A DNA stretch of 64,000 nt, taken from Camelus dromedarius (Eukaryota). Positions within the stretch are counted from its first letter, which is position 1, and each line of letters begins with the position of its first letter. Under the pieces are notes generated by a model, which was not told the DNA's origin, ran no database searches, and worked only from the letters and a program-made list of their open reading frames with translations. This document shows, in pieces, positions 1 through 12,860 of this stretch. The stretch spans positions 39,434,001-39,498,000 of the forward strand of contig NC_087436.1 of NCBI RefSeq assembly GCF_036321535.1, given 5' to 3'. A program made the translations under genes and the position numbers.

Positions 1-148
1 AGTAGTAAATACTACAGTACTACACGATCTGAGGTTGCTTGAATCTGGGTATGAGAAACTTCGGATTCAGAGAATAGCATATTTGGACGGCTAACAATAA
101 ATTATACAGATTTTGGACTTAACTGCTATGTTGTTCAAGGGTCAACTG
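1..148. mobile_element. TcMar-Tigger (Tigger2/MER8-like) fragment, truncated by window start
   Basis: Ends GTTGTTCAAGGGTCAACTG followed by a TA target site. Confidence 0.7.
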
Positions 149-324
149 TATATGATTACATGTAATCAATTATTTATTGATTCAATCAGTGAACATCTAT
201 CTATTCAGTATCTACTAAGTACCATATGCTACATTTATGCTAAGTATAAAATAAAACAATATATGTGTTGTTTATTTACATACATATTCATATGTTTTTA
301 CCCCACAGAAAATTTCTTTTAAAG

Positions 325-690
325 TGCTGCACAATAGAAATACAATGTAAGTCACATCTGTTATTTTAAATTTCCTAGTAGCCATAGTAAAAAGGCTTTA
401 TTAAAGGTGAAATTAGTTTTCATTATGTATTTTATTTTATGCAATGTGTCAAAAATATTATCATTCTTACATGTAAATGGGGAACAATTATTAATGATAT
501 ATTTTACACTTTTTTATATTAAGTCACAAAATCCATTGTGTATTTTATTCCTTCTTTTTTTTTAACATTTTTTATTGATTTATAATCATTTTACAATGTT
601 GTGTCAAATTCCAATGCATTGTGTATTTTATGCTTAGCATATCTCAATCACAACAAGCCACATCTCATCCGTTGAACATCTCAGGTCTAA
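325..690. mobile_element. hAT-Charlie MER33/MER3-like element, interrupted by a short L1
   Basis: CAATAGAAATACAATG...TAAATTTCCTAGTAGCCA...GGTGAAATTAGTTTT...AGCCACATCTCA recognised motifs. Confidence 0.65.
549..616 (-). mobile_element. Extremely 5'-truncated young L1 3' end (68 nt)
   Basis: Reverse complement matches the L1 3' end at ~1841-1902. Perfect 15-bp TSD CATTGTGTATTTTAT at 534-548 and 617-631. Confidence 0.85.
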
Positions 691-879
691 AGTAATATAC
701 AGAAAACTGGTTGGGAGATGAGAGAGAGAGAGAGATTTACCTTTTACTATATATCCTTTTGTACTTTTGATTTTTACATTCTGTGTACCTGTTGCCTATG
801 CAAAGAGATTTGAAAAAGTAAATTAATAAAGTAAAAACGTCATGTTTTTATCTATGCATGTGCGTGAATTCTTCCACGT

Positions 880-1098
880 CAATGATTTTCAAGTGGGGGT
901 GATTCCTCCCCCAATCCAGGGGACATTTGGCAATGCTGGGGATACTTTGGGTAGGTGGGTGAGGACCACTGGCATCTAGTGAGTAGATGTCAAGAATGCT
1001 GTTATTTATCCTACAATGTATAGCCCAGCTCCCCCCAATCCACTAATTAAGAATTATATGACCCAAAATGTCAATAGTGCTGAAGTTGAGAAACTTTG
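880..1098. mobile_element. MER20 (hAT-Charlie)
   Basis: GGGGACATTTGGCAATG...CTGGCATCTAGTGAGTAGA...CCCAAAATGTCAATAGTGCTGAAGTTGAGAAAC. Confidence 0.8.
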
Positions 1099-1319
1099 TT
1101 CTTGTGTATGTTTTAAAATGTAAAAATTTGTCTCTACTTCTTAGTAGGTATTCTCATGGTCCTGGGTGTACAAAGAGGGATCGCACCCAGCACCTGCATC
1201 CTGATAGCTTACAGTCTAGTGAGGAAGAGAGATGTAAGTAAGTACTTGCAGGAATGTGCTAAGTTCTAGAGCAGAGTAGAAACAAAGCATTAAGCAAGAA
1301 CTAAAATAACTGTAAACAT

Positions 1320-1902
1320 ACACCTGCACTGCAGTGTTCATAGCAGCACTATTTACAATAGCCAAGACATGGAAACAGCCTAAATGCCCATCAACAGATG
1401 ACTGGATAAAGAAGATGTGGTGTATTTATACAATGGAATACTATTCAGCCATAAAAACTGACAACATAACACTATTTGCAGCAACATGGATGTTCCTTGA
1501 GAATGTCATTCTAAGTGAAGTAAGCCAGAAAAAGAAAGAAAAATACCATATGAGGTCGCTCATATGTGGAATCTAAAAAAAAAGGAACATAAATACAAAA
1601 TAGAAATAGACTCATAGACATAGAATACAAACTTGTTGTTGCCAAGGGGGAGGGGGGTGAGAAGGGATAGACTGGGAGTTCAAAATTTGTAGATACTGAC
1701 AGGCCTATGTAGAATAGATAAACAAGATTATACTGTATAGCACAAGGAAATATATACAAGATCTCGTGGTAGCTCACAGAGAAAAAAAATGTGACAATGA
1801 ATATATGTATGATCATGTATAACTGAAAAATTGTGCTCTACACTGGAATTTGACACAACATTGTAAAATTACTATAACTCATTAAAAAATGTTAAAAAAA
1901 AA
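1320..1902 (+). mobile_element. 5'-truncated young L1 (ORF2 C-terminus, 3' UTR, poly-A)
   Basis: [29 protein letters not shown] is the L1 ORF2p C-terminus. Poly-A tail. 12-bp TSD AACTGTAAACAT at 1308-1319 and 1903-1914. Confidence 0.93.
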
Positions 1903-2534
1903 AACTGTAAACATGCTCATTAACTAGAAAGCCACTTGTTTGAAACGTCAATTTGAATTGAATAGTTGGAATTGAAACATCAACTTCAGAAGTTATTTTT
2001 GACCAAATCCTCTAGGTTGAGAATGGAGCATTTTATTCAAAGGCTTTAATGTCCCTGTATGCCAATCTACTGTCAATAAAAGATGTCTGAGAGGAGCCCT
2101 TAATTTGGTAATAACATCTGTTACTCTATTTCTGTGCTTAGTAACACATTTTAGAACTTTAAATGGACTCTGACATATTTTAAAAAGAATGTGTAAGTCA
2201 TGACTAATATCGTTGCTGAGAGAGATGGCTATATTTTATAAGAACAACAGTCCAAGGGATTACCATGTTTTGCATATTTTCTCCCACAAATGTCTCTGTT
2301 TTTCTGAGAGGCTCACGAGTTCAACCATATTTCATCACCAATCAACGAAACCAGAAAAAGCTCAGACTCTGAAATCTGTTGTCTTTGTTTAGGTTGTTTT
2401 AGAACCTCAGTGCTCTCATATTTTTGCTTTGGTTTAGTTTTTCACTGGTGAGCTCATGAGTACTGTACACATCTGTTTAAAGGTCAGAAGTAATCTCATG
2501 TCCTCACTGCAAGTTGCCTACACAGAGGAAGGCA

Positions 2535-2720
2535 GCTCAGGGCAGTGGTTGAAGCCCAAGCCCTTTGGCAGCTGGGAAGATCCAGGTTCAAGTCCTGGCC
2601 TCGCCTCTTATGGTGCAGCATATCACTTAACTCCACCAAACCTCAGTATCCTCACATAAAATGTCAATCTTGCAAGGGTTGCAGGATTGATTAAATGAGA
2701 GGACACATTAAGTTCATTTA
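2535..2720 (+). mobile_element. MIR SINE
   Basis: GGTTCAAGTCCTGGC...TCACTTAACTCC...CCTCAGTATCCTCA...ATTAAATGAGA core. Confidence 0.6.
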
Positions 2721-4866
2721 TCCTTGCTAGGAATTAATCAAGTGATGGGAACTGTTTTATCCAAATGGCGCAAAACAACAAGCAGACCTTTAAGCCACCG
2801 GTCAGAATAGAGCTCATGTGATTTCTCCACTAGAATTTATTTATGTATTTATGATCATCATTTTTCTTAGAAAACAAGTGATTCCTGATCTTTTTATTTG
2901 ACATCTTAATTAAATGATGAAATTTGAGAACTGTTTTGGCACTCTCGGTTGAATTATTTCACATTTATATACATTATTCATTTCCTACCACATTTCACCA
3001 CTGTGCTGTTAGAACACTGAACCAGCTCTTGTCTTATGATGTCTATGCCTCTTCCCGGCTAAGTTCACTTTGTCTACTTAAAACGCAACTTTTTTTTTGA
3101 AGATTTCCCTTGTGCCCTCATTATCTCACTAACCCTCACTAAATAGTAACCCAAATCTCTTTAGCAACAAGCCCATCCTCAACAGCTCAAGGAAATACGC
3201 TGCCGTTCTACAGACTTCATTTAGAGACAGAGACAAAGGCTTCTCGTTAATTGTTAGTTTCAACAAAGTGGTTGCAACGTTACTAAGGTAAAAAAAAAAA
3301 TGCAGCTGCATTTTTTCATGCTTTCTAGAAAAGTTGAGATAAAATCTTATGATCAGACCACACATATTTTATAATTTAAATTTCAAAGAGGTTTTGTTTG
3401 ATTCAGAAAGCCGAAATTGTAAATTTCATTTTGTTCCTACAAAAAGCTATATTGTAATCAATTATTTTCGTAGAAAATCTTACATTTCTCTTCTACTATG
3501 TCAAAATATCCACTGCATGCCTAACTAAAAGATGCAATTGTTTTGTTAATCTTTTAATGTGTTGATATTTTATACTACCCTACTTTAGTGATGGCAAAAA
3601 CTTAATGAACGGATTAGAGATTAAAGTTAAATAACAAAGAATACAGGTAATTTCATTGCTTTTCTTTATTATGATCGATACTAATAATGATAATATGAAT
3701 AGAGTAGAGCACAAATAAAAGGCAAACTAATTCTTTAATAGCCTAGTGACTTGAGACTGATAATTAAGGGTCTAATCCGTCAGGGGAGATGAGGAAAACT
3801 CCAAGGTTCATAGGTTTTGCATAGAGAGGGAGGGCTTGGTTTCTGTCTTCCCCTTTGCCCCACAGAGGGAAGATGAGATCCAGGCTCCTTTCACTTGCCT
3901 TCCTTCTGTTTTTCCCTTTATTCCATGCCTGAGGGGAAAATTTCAGAGCTGGTATGTCCATTACACGTTCACCAGATTTCAAAAGAGGGATTTTTCTCCC
4001 CCAGTGGTAGAGCACGTACAGGAACAAGGAAAATCCAAATGGAGCAGGGGAACAATTTCAGGCTGAGTAAGCTCCATAGAAAAGAAGTATCACCGAAATG
4101 GGCGTGGGAAGAGACAAAGAGAGCATTCAAGGGGAAAGCGGCTGAAAACAACGAGGGGAGAACCATTGAATGTAGATGTTTAGAAATCACCATAGAAAAT
4201 CTAAAGCATCAAGTGGATCATTTTATTTTTTTCCCAGAAGAATGCGCTGGAGTCGATTCTTCATTCTTCAGTTCGGAAAGCTGTGAGAGAAAACTGTTGG
4301 CCACGTACCCAGAAGCACTGGAGCTGCTGAGCAAGCTGCTCTTTAAAAGCGTCTGACTCAGCCTGTTACTCACCTTCACTTCTTAGCTGGTCTTGAATGT
4401 TAACCTCTTCTCTCATTCCTTTGGGTGACACACCAAAGTGGATGGTTACCTTACAAAGCTACAATTAAGACTACTGGAGGTAGAGGAGAGGCCCTGAGGG
4501 TTCTTTTAGTCTAGCACAAAGGAATTTACCAAATCAACTGCTGGCAAACACCAAGAGCCTGAGATTGTCCTGAGACAGTGTTTGTGATAAGGGAGCTGCA
4601 GGGAGAGGAAAGTTTGCAGCCCAGAGGGTGTACTCCTGCAGCCATTGTTCTGGGCATGAATAGCTGAAAACCGCCACACCTAGGAAAGCAGACTCAAGAT
4701 CCCATTTAAAAGGCGCACTCCTATAAGGGCGGGAGGGTGCCCAAAGTGAAGAATATGGAAAAGCAAGAAGTGCAGGGCTTATTGATTTCTTTTTGACTTA
4801 CCTATTTTACATAGGGCTTACCTTAGTTTGATGTTAGTCAACAGCCCAGATTGGAATGGGACTGGA

Positions 4867-5150
4867 TGTGACACAGGAAAAATGGGGTGAGAGAGGATGG
4901 CCATGTCCCAGTTCCCAGGCAAGTGCAGGGTAGGCCCCACCAAATGAAGGTCCTTGGCTTTGCACAGGAAAGAATTCAAGACGAGCCATAGTAGAGTGAA
5001 GGCGGCTCTATTCAGAGAGATGCACATTCCACAGAATGTGGGCTATCTCAAAAGGCAAGAGAAAGGCCAAGGAGATACACATTCCATGGGCAGAAGGAGG
5101 GTCGTCTCACTCAGAAGAGAGAGCAGCAGCCTCAGAGCATGGGATCGGTT
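4867..5150 (-). mobile_element. ERV1-type LTR fragment (R/U5 end)
   Basis: Reverse strand reads GGCTCGTCTTGAATTCTTTCCTGTGCAAAGCCAAGGACC, typical of an ERV1 LTR 3' region, and ends near ...GTCACA. Confidence 0.55.
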
Positions 5151-5237
5151 GATTAATTGGTAAGATTTAGCTAGGTGGGGAAGAAGATAAAGGCAGTCAT
5201 TGATTCATTCATTTATGCCTTCAAGAAATTATTTGTG

Positions 5238-6028
5238 GGGGGTGGGGGGTGGCTCAGTGGTAGTGTTAGAGCAGGCACATAGTTAGATATGAGCAGAGAA
5301 AGGGGGACACAGATCAAATGGCAGGGATTGGGCAGAAAGGACGAGCACAAGCCAAATGCAGGAAACCATACATTATGTAAGCACCAGGGAGTCTCTGGGC
5401 AAAGAAAAGCAGGAAACTTTGAGCTGATAAGTGGTCATATATTTCGAGGTGATAAGTGGTCTGGAGACCGACAAAGAAAGGTGAGAAAAGGCAGGAATTT
5501 CCAGTGTATGAATGTAACCTTTTGCTCATTATGCCGTCATTTCAATAAAATTAGCCTTGCAGATTAGAAGTACCCATTATGCAGCGACACCATGACACTT
5601 CCTATCCAGACTAAATAAGGACAAAAATCCTTCCTCCCTTTGGGAAGGTGGAGTTGGGGTGATAATCAGGGAATATGACCCCAAACCCTTCCCTCCCCAA
5701 TGAATATTCCGCCCATTCATTTTTACACCCTGCGTAACTAACTTGCCAAAGAAACACAGGGCATCTGTTCACCTGAACCTGCCTGCTCTCCCCTTGAGAG
5801 TGAACTATCCATCCTTTAATAAATTCTCACTTTACTTTTTTAACCACTATGTCTTGTTTCTGAATTCTTTCTGAGACTGGGACCAGACAAGAACCTGGAA
5901 CACCAGTTGCATCTACTGGCAACGGTAGAGTGTGTGCTTAGCAGGCATGAGGTCCTGGGTTCAATTCCCAGCACCTCCACCAAAATAAATAAGTTAATAA
6001 ATAAAATATTTAAAGGAAAAAAAAACCC
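5238..6028 (+). mobile_element. tRNA-derived SINE (camelid Vic-1-like) split by an LTR (5238-5263 and 5929-6028)
   Basis: GGCTCAGTGGTAG / AGTGTGTGCTTAGCAGGCATGAGGTCCTGGGTTCAATTCCCAG plus A-rich tail. TSD AGAA(A/G)TTATTTGTG at 5224-5237 and 6029-6042. Confidence 0.85.
5264..5924 (+). mobile_element. Solo ERV LTR (~660 bp)
   Basis: Starts TGTT, ends AACG (AACA variant). GTAG TSD at 5260-5263 and 5925-5928. AATAAA at 5818-5823 followed by TGAATTCTTTCTG...GACAAGAACC U5-like sequence. Confidence 0.85.
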
Positions 6029-9000
6029 AGAAGTTATTTGTGAAGTCTCTACGCGCAGGCGCTCTTCCAAACAGCAGGGTTTGTGGGGACAACAAAAGTG
6101 ACAAGATTCTTGCCCTAATGGCGCTTACCTTCCCGAGTGTGGAGTCAGACAACAAACATAGTAAAAGACAAAGATCATTTCCGATAGCAGTAGGTGCTAT
6201 GAAGGAACGAGAAAAATTTAACGGGCTAGAGAGTGACTTAGGGGGAGGTTTGATGGCACGTGTTTTCAGTAGGGAGTGGAGAGACTTACCTGGGGATGTG
6301 ATATTTGACTGAGATTTAGGTGTTGAAGAGCTGGCCCTGTGAAGAGCCACAGAAGGGACATTCTCTGAAGGGGGAGTAGCAAGTACAAGAGGCTTGTAAG
6401 AGCAATGAACTGGATACATTGGAAGGACGGTAACAACAACAATGAAAACACAGTGCCAAACACAGGGGCCAAAGAAAGTAAACAAAGGACAAAAAGTCCA
6501 AGACAAAGTCAGCAGGATAGGCCACACGGAAACAGTTTCTTTGAAATGCAAAGAGAATTTAAAAGGAAGATTAAAGTAGAGGACAATTTTGGTCTGGAGA
6601 AGATTCAGAAAAAGTCAGAATCCCTTACACCAGCACTGTTCTATGAGGGTCTAGAGGAAAGAGGGCAAGCCTGGGTATAGAGCCCCCATAAGGTAAAGAC
6701 AAGAGCTAAAAACTGGGTGACACTCAGGGTCAGCAAACTTTGGTTTAGAAATTTGTGCTCCAGAAGAAAAGGCAAAACCCTTACTGCCACTGTTGGCAGT
6801 ACGTAGGGAATCCCAGCGATCAACCCAAACTACAGTGTTGTCGGTGCCACAGTTGGTATCTGAAACCCAGAGGAAAATGGAGATGATTACCACAGATACA
6901 GCCATTAAGCAACAGCTAAAACTACATAGAGAAAATTTAATAGCCGAAGTGTTTTATATTTTTAATAAAGTAAAAATGTTAAAACTCCTGTGTGAGAACT
7001 TGAAAAATCATCAGAGCACAATTTAGTCCTTAGAGGTAATATTTCATTTGTTTTATGTTTCAAAGGCTTGACAACACTTTAATCTGGTCTGAATTCCTTT
7101 GTCTACCAATTTAAAAGGCAAAGAAAGTTCACTGCCTTCCCAAAGAAGCGGAGATTTTAATTAAGTTCACATTATTTGCTGGACTTCACATACACACTGG
7201 GTGAGATTTTTTTTTTTTAAGGTTAGTGAGCTCTTGAGGGTCTGTAACTTTTCCTGACCAGTTCTACTGCGGTCTGGATTGTGAAACTGTCTTGACTCAA
7301 CATGCTCTGGGAGGGAAAAAACTGTTAGTCCTTTAATAATATTGAACAAACCTTGAGCTTAGACAAAGGGGAAGAAATGAAACAGAAAACATACTATCTG
7401 TTGAGTGTCCATGAAGTAGCCAACACAGCATTTTTCACGTCCCTGCACAACGTCACTTCGAGGTGGCATTGTCACCCCCAGATGCAATTCAGAGAGAAAC
7501 TAGCAAAGGTCTGGGCTGTTAAATGGCTGACAAGAATTTGTATAATGTCCATTGGTTCACAGTCTACATTGCCCACAGGACAACACAGTATCTCTTTATT
7601 TAGATGTTAACAGTGACAATACAAAGAATTTATTTACTAATGCTAGGAAAAAATTAGTAAATTCAGCATATAAATGGTTACCTTAATTGTAACACCCACC
7701 TCCTTTTCCAATGGAAAAGTTACCTGTTAGACATTTGCAGAGTTGGTGATGGAGAAAGAGAGGAGAATAAAATGGACGGCAGGTAGGCAGAGCCTGCATG
7801 GAAGCCGTGGAAACAGTATCCATCAGAGGGTGAGGAAAGGGAATTTCTTCCAATCCCTCTGGCCTGTTATTATTCAGCAATTCATACAGAAACCTAAGGT
7901 GAGCACCTCAAAATTTTCAGAAACCAGCCATCTGTTTTTCCTTTCTTCACGACAAAATAAGTACAGAAGTGTAGGAGTTCTTTCAGGTGACATTTTTGTT
8001 TATGGATGAATATTTTCCCTTGGCAGAAGATTGCTATGCTTGCTCTTAAGTATCTAACCACTTGAGATCAGAGAGCCTTGTGTTTACTCAGCAGGCTGAG
8101 TCTAACTGTTACTGAACCCGTGACTTCACTAAACCATGTCTAAACTTCTCTGCCCTACCCTCTTCTCAGAAGACAGCCTAGTGACCTAGTCTGGGACCAA
8201 ATACAATTGAAAGTAGTAGAGAAAAGCCAACGTTCTTTTCATATTCCTTCATCTGAGCTTTAGAGGTCCTTTCTTGTACTTGTTTTTTTAATAATAATAT
8301 TAATAGCCATCATTTATCCAGAACTTCCTGTACAGCAGGTATTTGCTGTTATTGCATTATTTTATTTATTCATCAAACAATGATTGCCCTGAGGCAAGTA
8401 TTAGTTATCTTCATTTTATAGTTGAAGAAACTGAGCCAAAAGAAGTAAGTGACTTGCCTTACGTGATAAGTACATAACTTCTTCAAAAAACGTTTCTGTT
8501 AATGAACAGCAGTTTTCAAATAACTATTTTTACTATTTTCAAGAAGAGCAGTTTATGAACTAATACTTCCCCCTTTTCTCTTTAATAAGTACTTTTTTGA
8601 TCCCTTTCTCTCTCGAACAAATGAACAAAAGAGCCAGACCCAAATAAATGGTTTACAAAAATCATCCCCCTTAATTCTCATAACAATTTTAGAAAGCTTA
8701 TAGAAGCTACGTAACTTGCCCAAATGGTCAAATTGACAGTAAACTACTAAGATGGATTTGAACCCAAGCTGTCTGAGCCTGGAGTTTGCGTTGATAATAG
8801 CCAAATTACGCCACTAAAACTTGCCTAGGTGATAAAATCATAACCAGGTCAGGTGTTCAGCTCAGTGGCCAGTGGTGGTTTCCCCTTAACTGTATTATTC
8901 TCCATTTGGTTTTTCAGCTTTTCAACAGGTTAGATCTATATATATTCAGCTGGTGCTAAAGTGTGAAAATCTACTTGTTAAATTCAGTCACTGAACTCAA

Positions 9001-9214
9001 ATTAGACAAGTCCCTGATATCTACATTTCCATGGCTGCACAGCTGCAATTAACTGAAGTCTGATTCCAGCCTTCAGTTTAATACAGCTTTGTAGGTTAAT
9101 GAAGTCTACTAAGATCTTTGCTTTGCCTTTGAGAAATGGCAAATTGAATGTCTGTACTGAAATTTATGGTGGAAGATAATTATTAGGATAATTCTGGTGA
9201 AAATAAGACTTTTC

Positions 9215-9460
9215 TATAACATAGTGGTTAAGGGCCTGCCTAGATCTGATCTTAATCACTTACTACCTGTATAGATTTAGGCAAGTTAATTAAACTCTCT
9301 AAGCCTCAGTTTTCTCTTCTTTTCTCTTATCAACGGGATAATAATGCCTGTATTACGAAGTTTGAGAAATATCAATATGTATTAAATGAATGGTTGATAA
9401 TGTGGTTAGTGCAGGAACTTGAACATAGTAAGTGTCCAATTAATGTCAACTCTTATTATT
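9215..9460 (+). mobile_element. MIR SINE (further MIR remnants near 8320-8470 and 8640-8790)
   Basis: TAGTGGTTAAG...ACTTACTACCTGT...GGCAAGTTAATTAAACTCTCTAAGCCTCAGTTTTCTC...GGGATAATAATGCCT. Confidence 0.7.
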
Positions 9461-9860
9461 TAACCTACATTGTGAAGACAGTTACTTTGACTCTTCCCCT
9501 GCCTATAAATTATATGCTGCTAACAAGCTTTGAATGTGAGGGTTCAATAGGCAGGCAAATCTGAAGGAATAAGGATGTATTTTTTAACCTAGTGTTTATT
9601 TATTAGGTTTATTGTTTATAATTCTTCTTGATACTCTGCTCCTTATTAGTTCATTTAAAGTTTGAGTTGGCATTCATGACACAGTTTAGTTTGGAACAAA
9701 CCATGGTAGATACTTAGTGAGTTATACAAAAAGAGAAAATCTTGGCTCTATTATTTGCAAATAAAAAGTAAGCAATCATAAACATTCTCAAGCTGTACTA
9801 CAGAGTTACTGAGGTTTAGGGAGAGTCAAGTATCCAGAATGAGAGTTTCTCTTTGAAATA

Positions 9861-10342
9861 CAGATCTTCCTGGACTTACCACGGGGTTACATCCAGATAA
9901 ACATGAGTTGAAAATTCCGTACATCAAAAATGCATTTATAACACCTAACTTACTGAACATCATATAGCCTCATCTACCTTAAATGTGCTCAGAACGCTTA
10001 TATTAGCTCACAGTTGGGTAAAATCATCTATGCAAAGCCTGTTTTATAATAAAGTGTTGAATAGCTCATGTAACTTATTGAATGCTGTACTGAAAGTGAA
10101 AGATGGTCATTTTTCTGTGGTTGTGTAGGGACAGAATGGCTTTAAGTGTGTTGTTTGTTTACTGCGGTGATGGTGGGGCTGTGGTCCCTGCTACCCAGCA
10201 TCACGAGATCATACCTTATAAGCTAGCCTGGAAAAAGATCAAAGTTCAAAATTTGTGGTTTCTACCGAATGCATATCGCTTTCACACCACCTTAAAGTTG
10301 AAAAATCATTACATGGAACCATTGTAAGTCAGAGACGATCTA
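9861..10342. mobile_element. MER47/Tigger5-like non-autonomous DNA transposon
   Basis: TA|CAGATCTTCCTGGACTTAC...GTAAGTCAGAGACGATCTA imperfect TIRs. Internal CCTTAAATGTGCTCAGAAC...CAGTTGGGTAAAATCATCTA. Confidence 0.8.
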
Positions 10343-12860
10343 TGTCAGCATTGTTAATACCACCGCTTTCTTTAAATACAGCAGCATTGTTCATAACTTT
10401 TCTTTTTTCAGCTTTATAACTTCCCAAAATATCGGATCTGTTTATTTGCTTTTCCTGAACATAGTATATGTTCATTTTTGCTGATTTAAGTAGAACAATT
10501 TATTTTTCATTCATAATTGTGTGTAAGATTGTTTAATATTCTGCAACTTCACGAGCCCTGCAGGCTAGAGTGAAGCTGTATAAAACACAGCAAAATCTCA
10601 GCATTCTCCAGTATTTGCAAAAAGAGAAATACAGTGTGATTGTGTGAGTTCCCTGACTGATTTTGTATTTGTATGATTTACTCTGGTCACCAAAGTACTT
10701 TTCAGAAAATTGTTGTTGCTCCAAATTCATCTCCAGACACTTACAAATTGTGTTGGTCACACTCTCTTGAGTTATTAATTCAGTCCATTTTCTGAGGGAG
10801 TCAAAAAGAAAATGTAATGGGAAAATGCATGTTTGTAGCAAAATAAAGTGTTCTAAAAAAAGTGAGCTTTCTTCGTTTTTATTAATATTTTCCATGAAAA
10901 CCCATTTAATTTGCAGGGGAAAAAAACTGCAGTCCATTGTGTCCTGTGCATTTAATTACAGCCAACCATCTCACAAAGGTAAGCCACTGACCATCAAGAG
11001 AGCTAGATAAGAGAACTAGATAAGAGACTAGAGTCAGTGGAAAATATTTACGGAGAAGCTTGTACTAAATAATGAGGATCCAGAAATGAGTAAGACCCAG
11101 TGCCTCATTCAAGAGCTTACTTAAGGCCAGCAAAAATCCATCCAGCCACTTGAGAGAAATTCTTCATTATTAAAAAGTCAGTTTATCTTTAAGTGATCAA
11201 CTGGATGCTATGAAATTAGTGTACATTAAAGATCCGTTTACTCTTTGTCCTCTTTCTTTCTAAATATCAAAAATATTTTGAAAATAAAAGAATGCAGAAA
11301 ATTATGAAACGCAAAATCATAGCTTTCAAAGATTGTTTTGTACCACAGTCAAAACTGAGAATCATGGCATTATTTATATTCTTAAAACGGATGTTACTAT
11401 TCAGTTTTTGTGTGGCTTTTCAGTGTTTAAACATTTTAAACACTTCAAAAGATCTATTTCTTAACAGGTTTCTTCCTTCTGCTTTAATTATTATATGCCC
11501 TGTTGAGCTAGTTAAGTTTCAAAGGTTAATATTGTTCAAAGTTATTGTTGATTCTTTGAAATAATTTACCTAAAACATTTCTGGAGAAAAGCATTCCACA
11601 AGACCTATGTGTTACATTAACAGCCACTCTCTGGCAGATCAAAACCTTACTAGTTAACATGTCTTATTTTAGGCTCCTAGATGGAACCCAGCATCTTCCA
11701 TATCTTCCAGCTTGTTCTTAGACTCATCTGTGAGCTCCAACAGAACTGATGTTATGTGCCAAATACTGTTTTTCTAGTTGATCGACTGACCATATTTCAT
11801 TTTTCTAATGACCATTTGATAGCAAAGAACATTTAGTCATACACAGAGACTTTTTACACTGAGTAGAGGTTTCTAAGCCTTCTAAAAATAAAGACTAGTC
11901 TAGAGTAGCATCATATTTTTAATGCTCTGAGTTTGTTTTATTATACAACTCAGCTATAACTACTGCCAATGAGCCTCTGTTTCAAAACTGTATCTATCTT
12001 TCAGTCCCCAAATGAGGGCATATGTCCTTCACAATGTAACTGCTTTATGGAAGAGGGAGAAAAAAAGAAATTCTTTCTGATTTCAGCTCCACCAGTAAAT
12101 TTTGTTTCTAGTTTTCATAGCAATGTTATGCATAAATGTAAGCCTTTTGAGTCTTTGGGGTTCGTTGGGTATGTCAGAAAGCAACAGTAATGTACGTAGC
12201 TAATTTCTTGGACAAGAAACTGTTGCATTACCAGATTTTGGGAGTTGTTTTACAGAGGGTGAATACAATTTAACTGAAAAAGTTTGTAACGTTTTCATCA
12301 AATTAAATCATGGCTATTTTTGTTTTGCTTTCTGTTACTTTGTCTTCAGCAATATTCTAATACAGACAGACTTACAAGTGATATAATTGCAGCCTTACAA
12401 GTGATACAAAGGCATCTTCCTTATCCAAATTCCTACTCTCCTGGAACTCAGTTCAGAGGATGCCTGAAAGTCCATAATTCGTTTGTCCACTCCATGCTTT
12501 CTTTTGTCCCTGTTAAAATGTTAATAACTCCAGCCCTGTTGACACATTAAGTCTTATTAGGCAACAGGTACACTTGGGAATCTTTTGCTAGGAGTCTGGA
12601 TACCTAAATTAATTGATTAAAAAATTTTTTTTCTTGCAACCAGACGAAAAACAAGACCGAGTCTGCTAATATTGTAAACAGAGATTCTGGGGAAATTAAG
12701 ACATCTTTGCTTATAGCTGACCCTGTGTTTCTGGTAAAGTGATTGTTTTATTGACAGTACACTGCCAAGATATTTGGCATTTGGAAAATTCTTACAGTCA
12801 CACTACAAGTAAGTATCTGTTTAAATTCTCTGTCAATAGAGCAATTTTACAGAACATATC

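Larger units (their letters stand above)
5195..6400 (-). mobile_element. Old L2 3' end in two pieces (5195-5237 and 6043-6400), host of the SINE+LTR insertion
   Basis: CATTGATTCATTCATTT...AAATTATTTG, resuming ...CTTGCCCTAATGGCGCTTACCTTC...AGGTGCTATGAAGGAA...GATATTTGACTGAGA. Confidence 0.65.

Noticed and set aside
1334..1576. 80-aa ORF, and similar ones at 28152-28663
   Set aside because: L1 ORF2 remnants, not host genes.
3895..7026. ORFs of 153 aa (3895-4356), 185 aa (5994-6551, minus) and neighbours
   Set aside because: No recognisable homology or exon structure; the minus-strand ORF runs through SINE and L2 sequence.
10780..11000. AT-rich non-repeat stretch with several TAAT/ATTA motifs resembling a conserved noncoding element
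   Set aside because: Such motifs are expected by chance in AT-rich DNA, and conservation cannot be judged without alignments.
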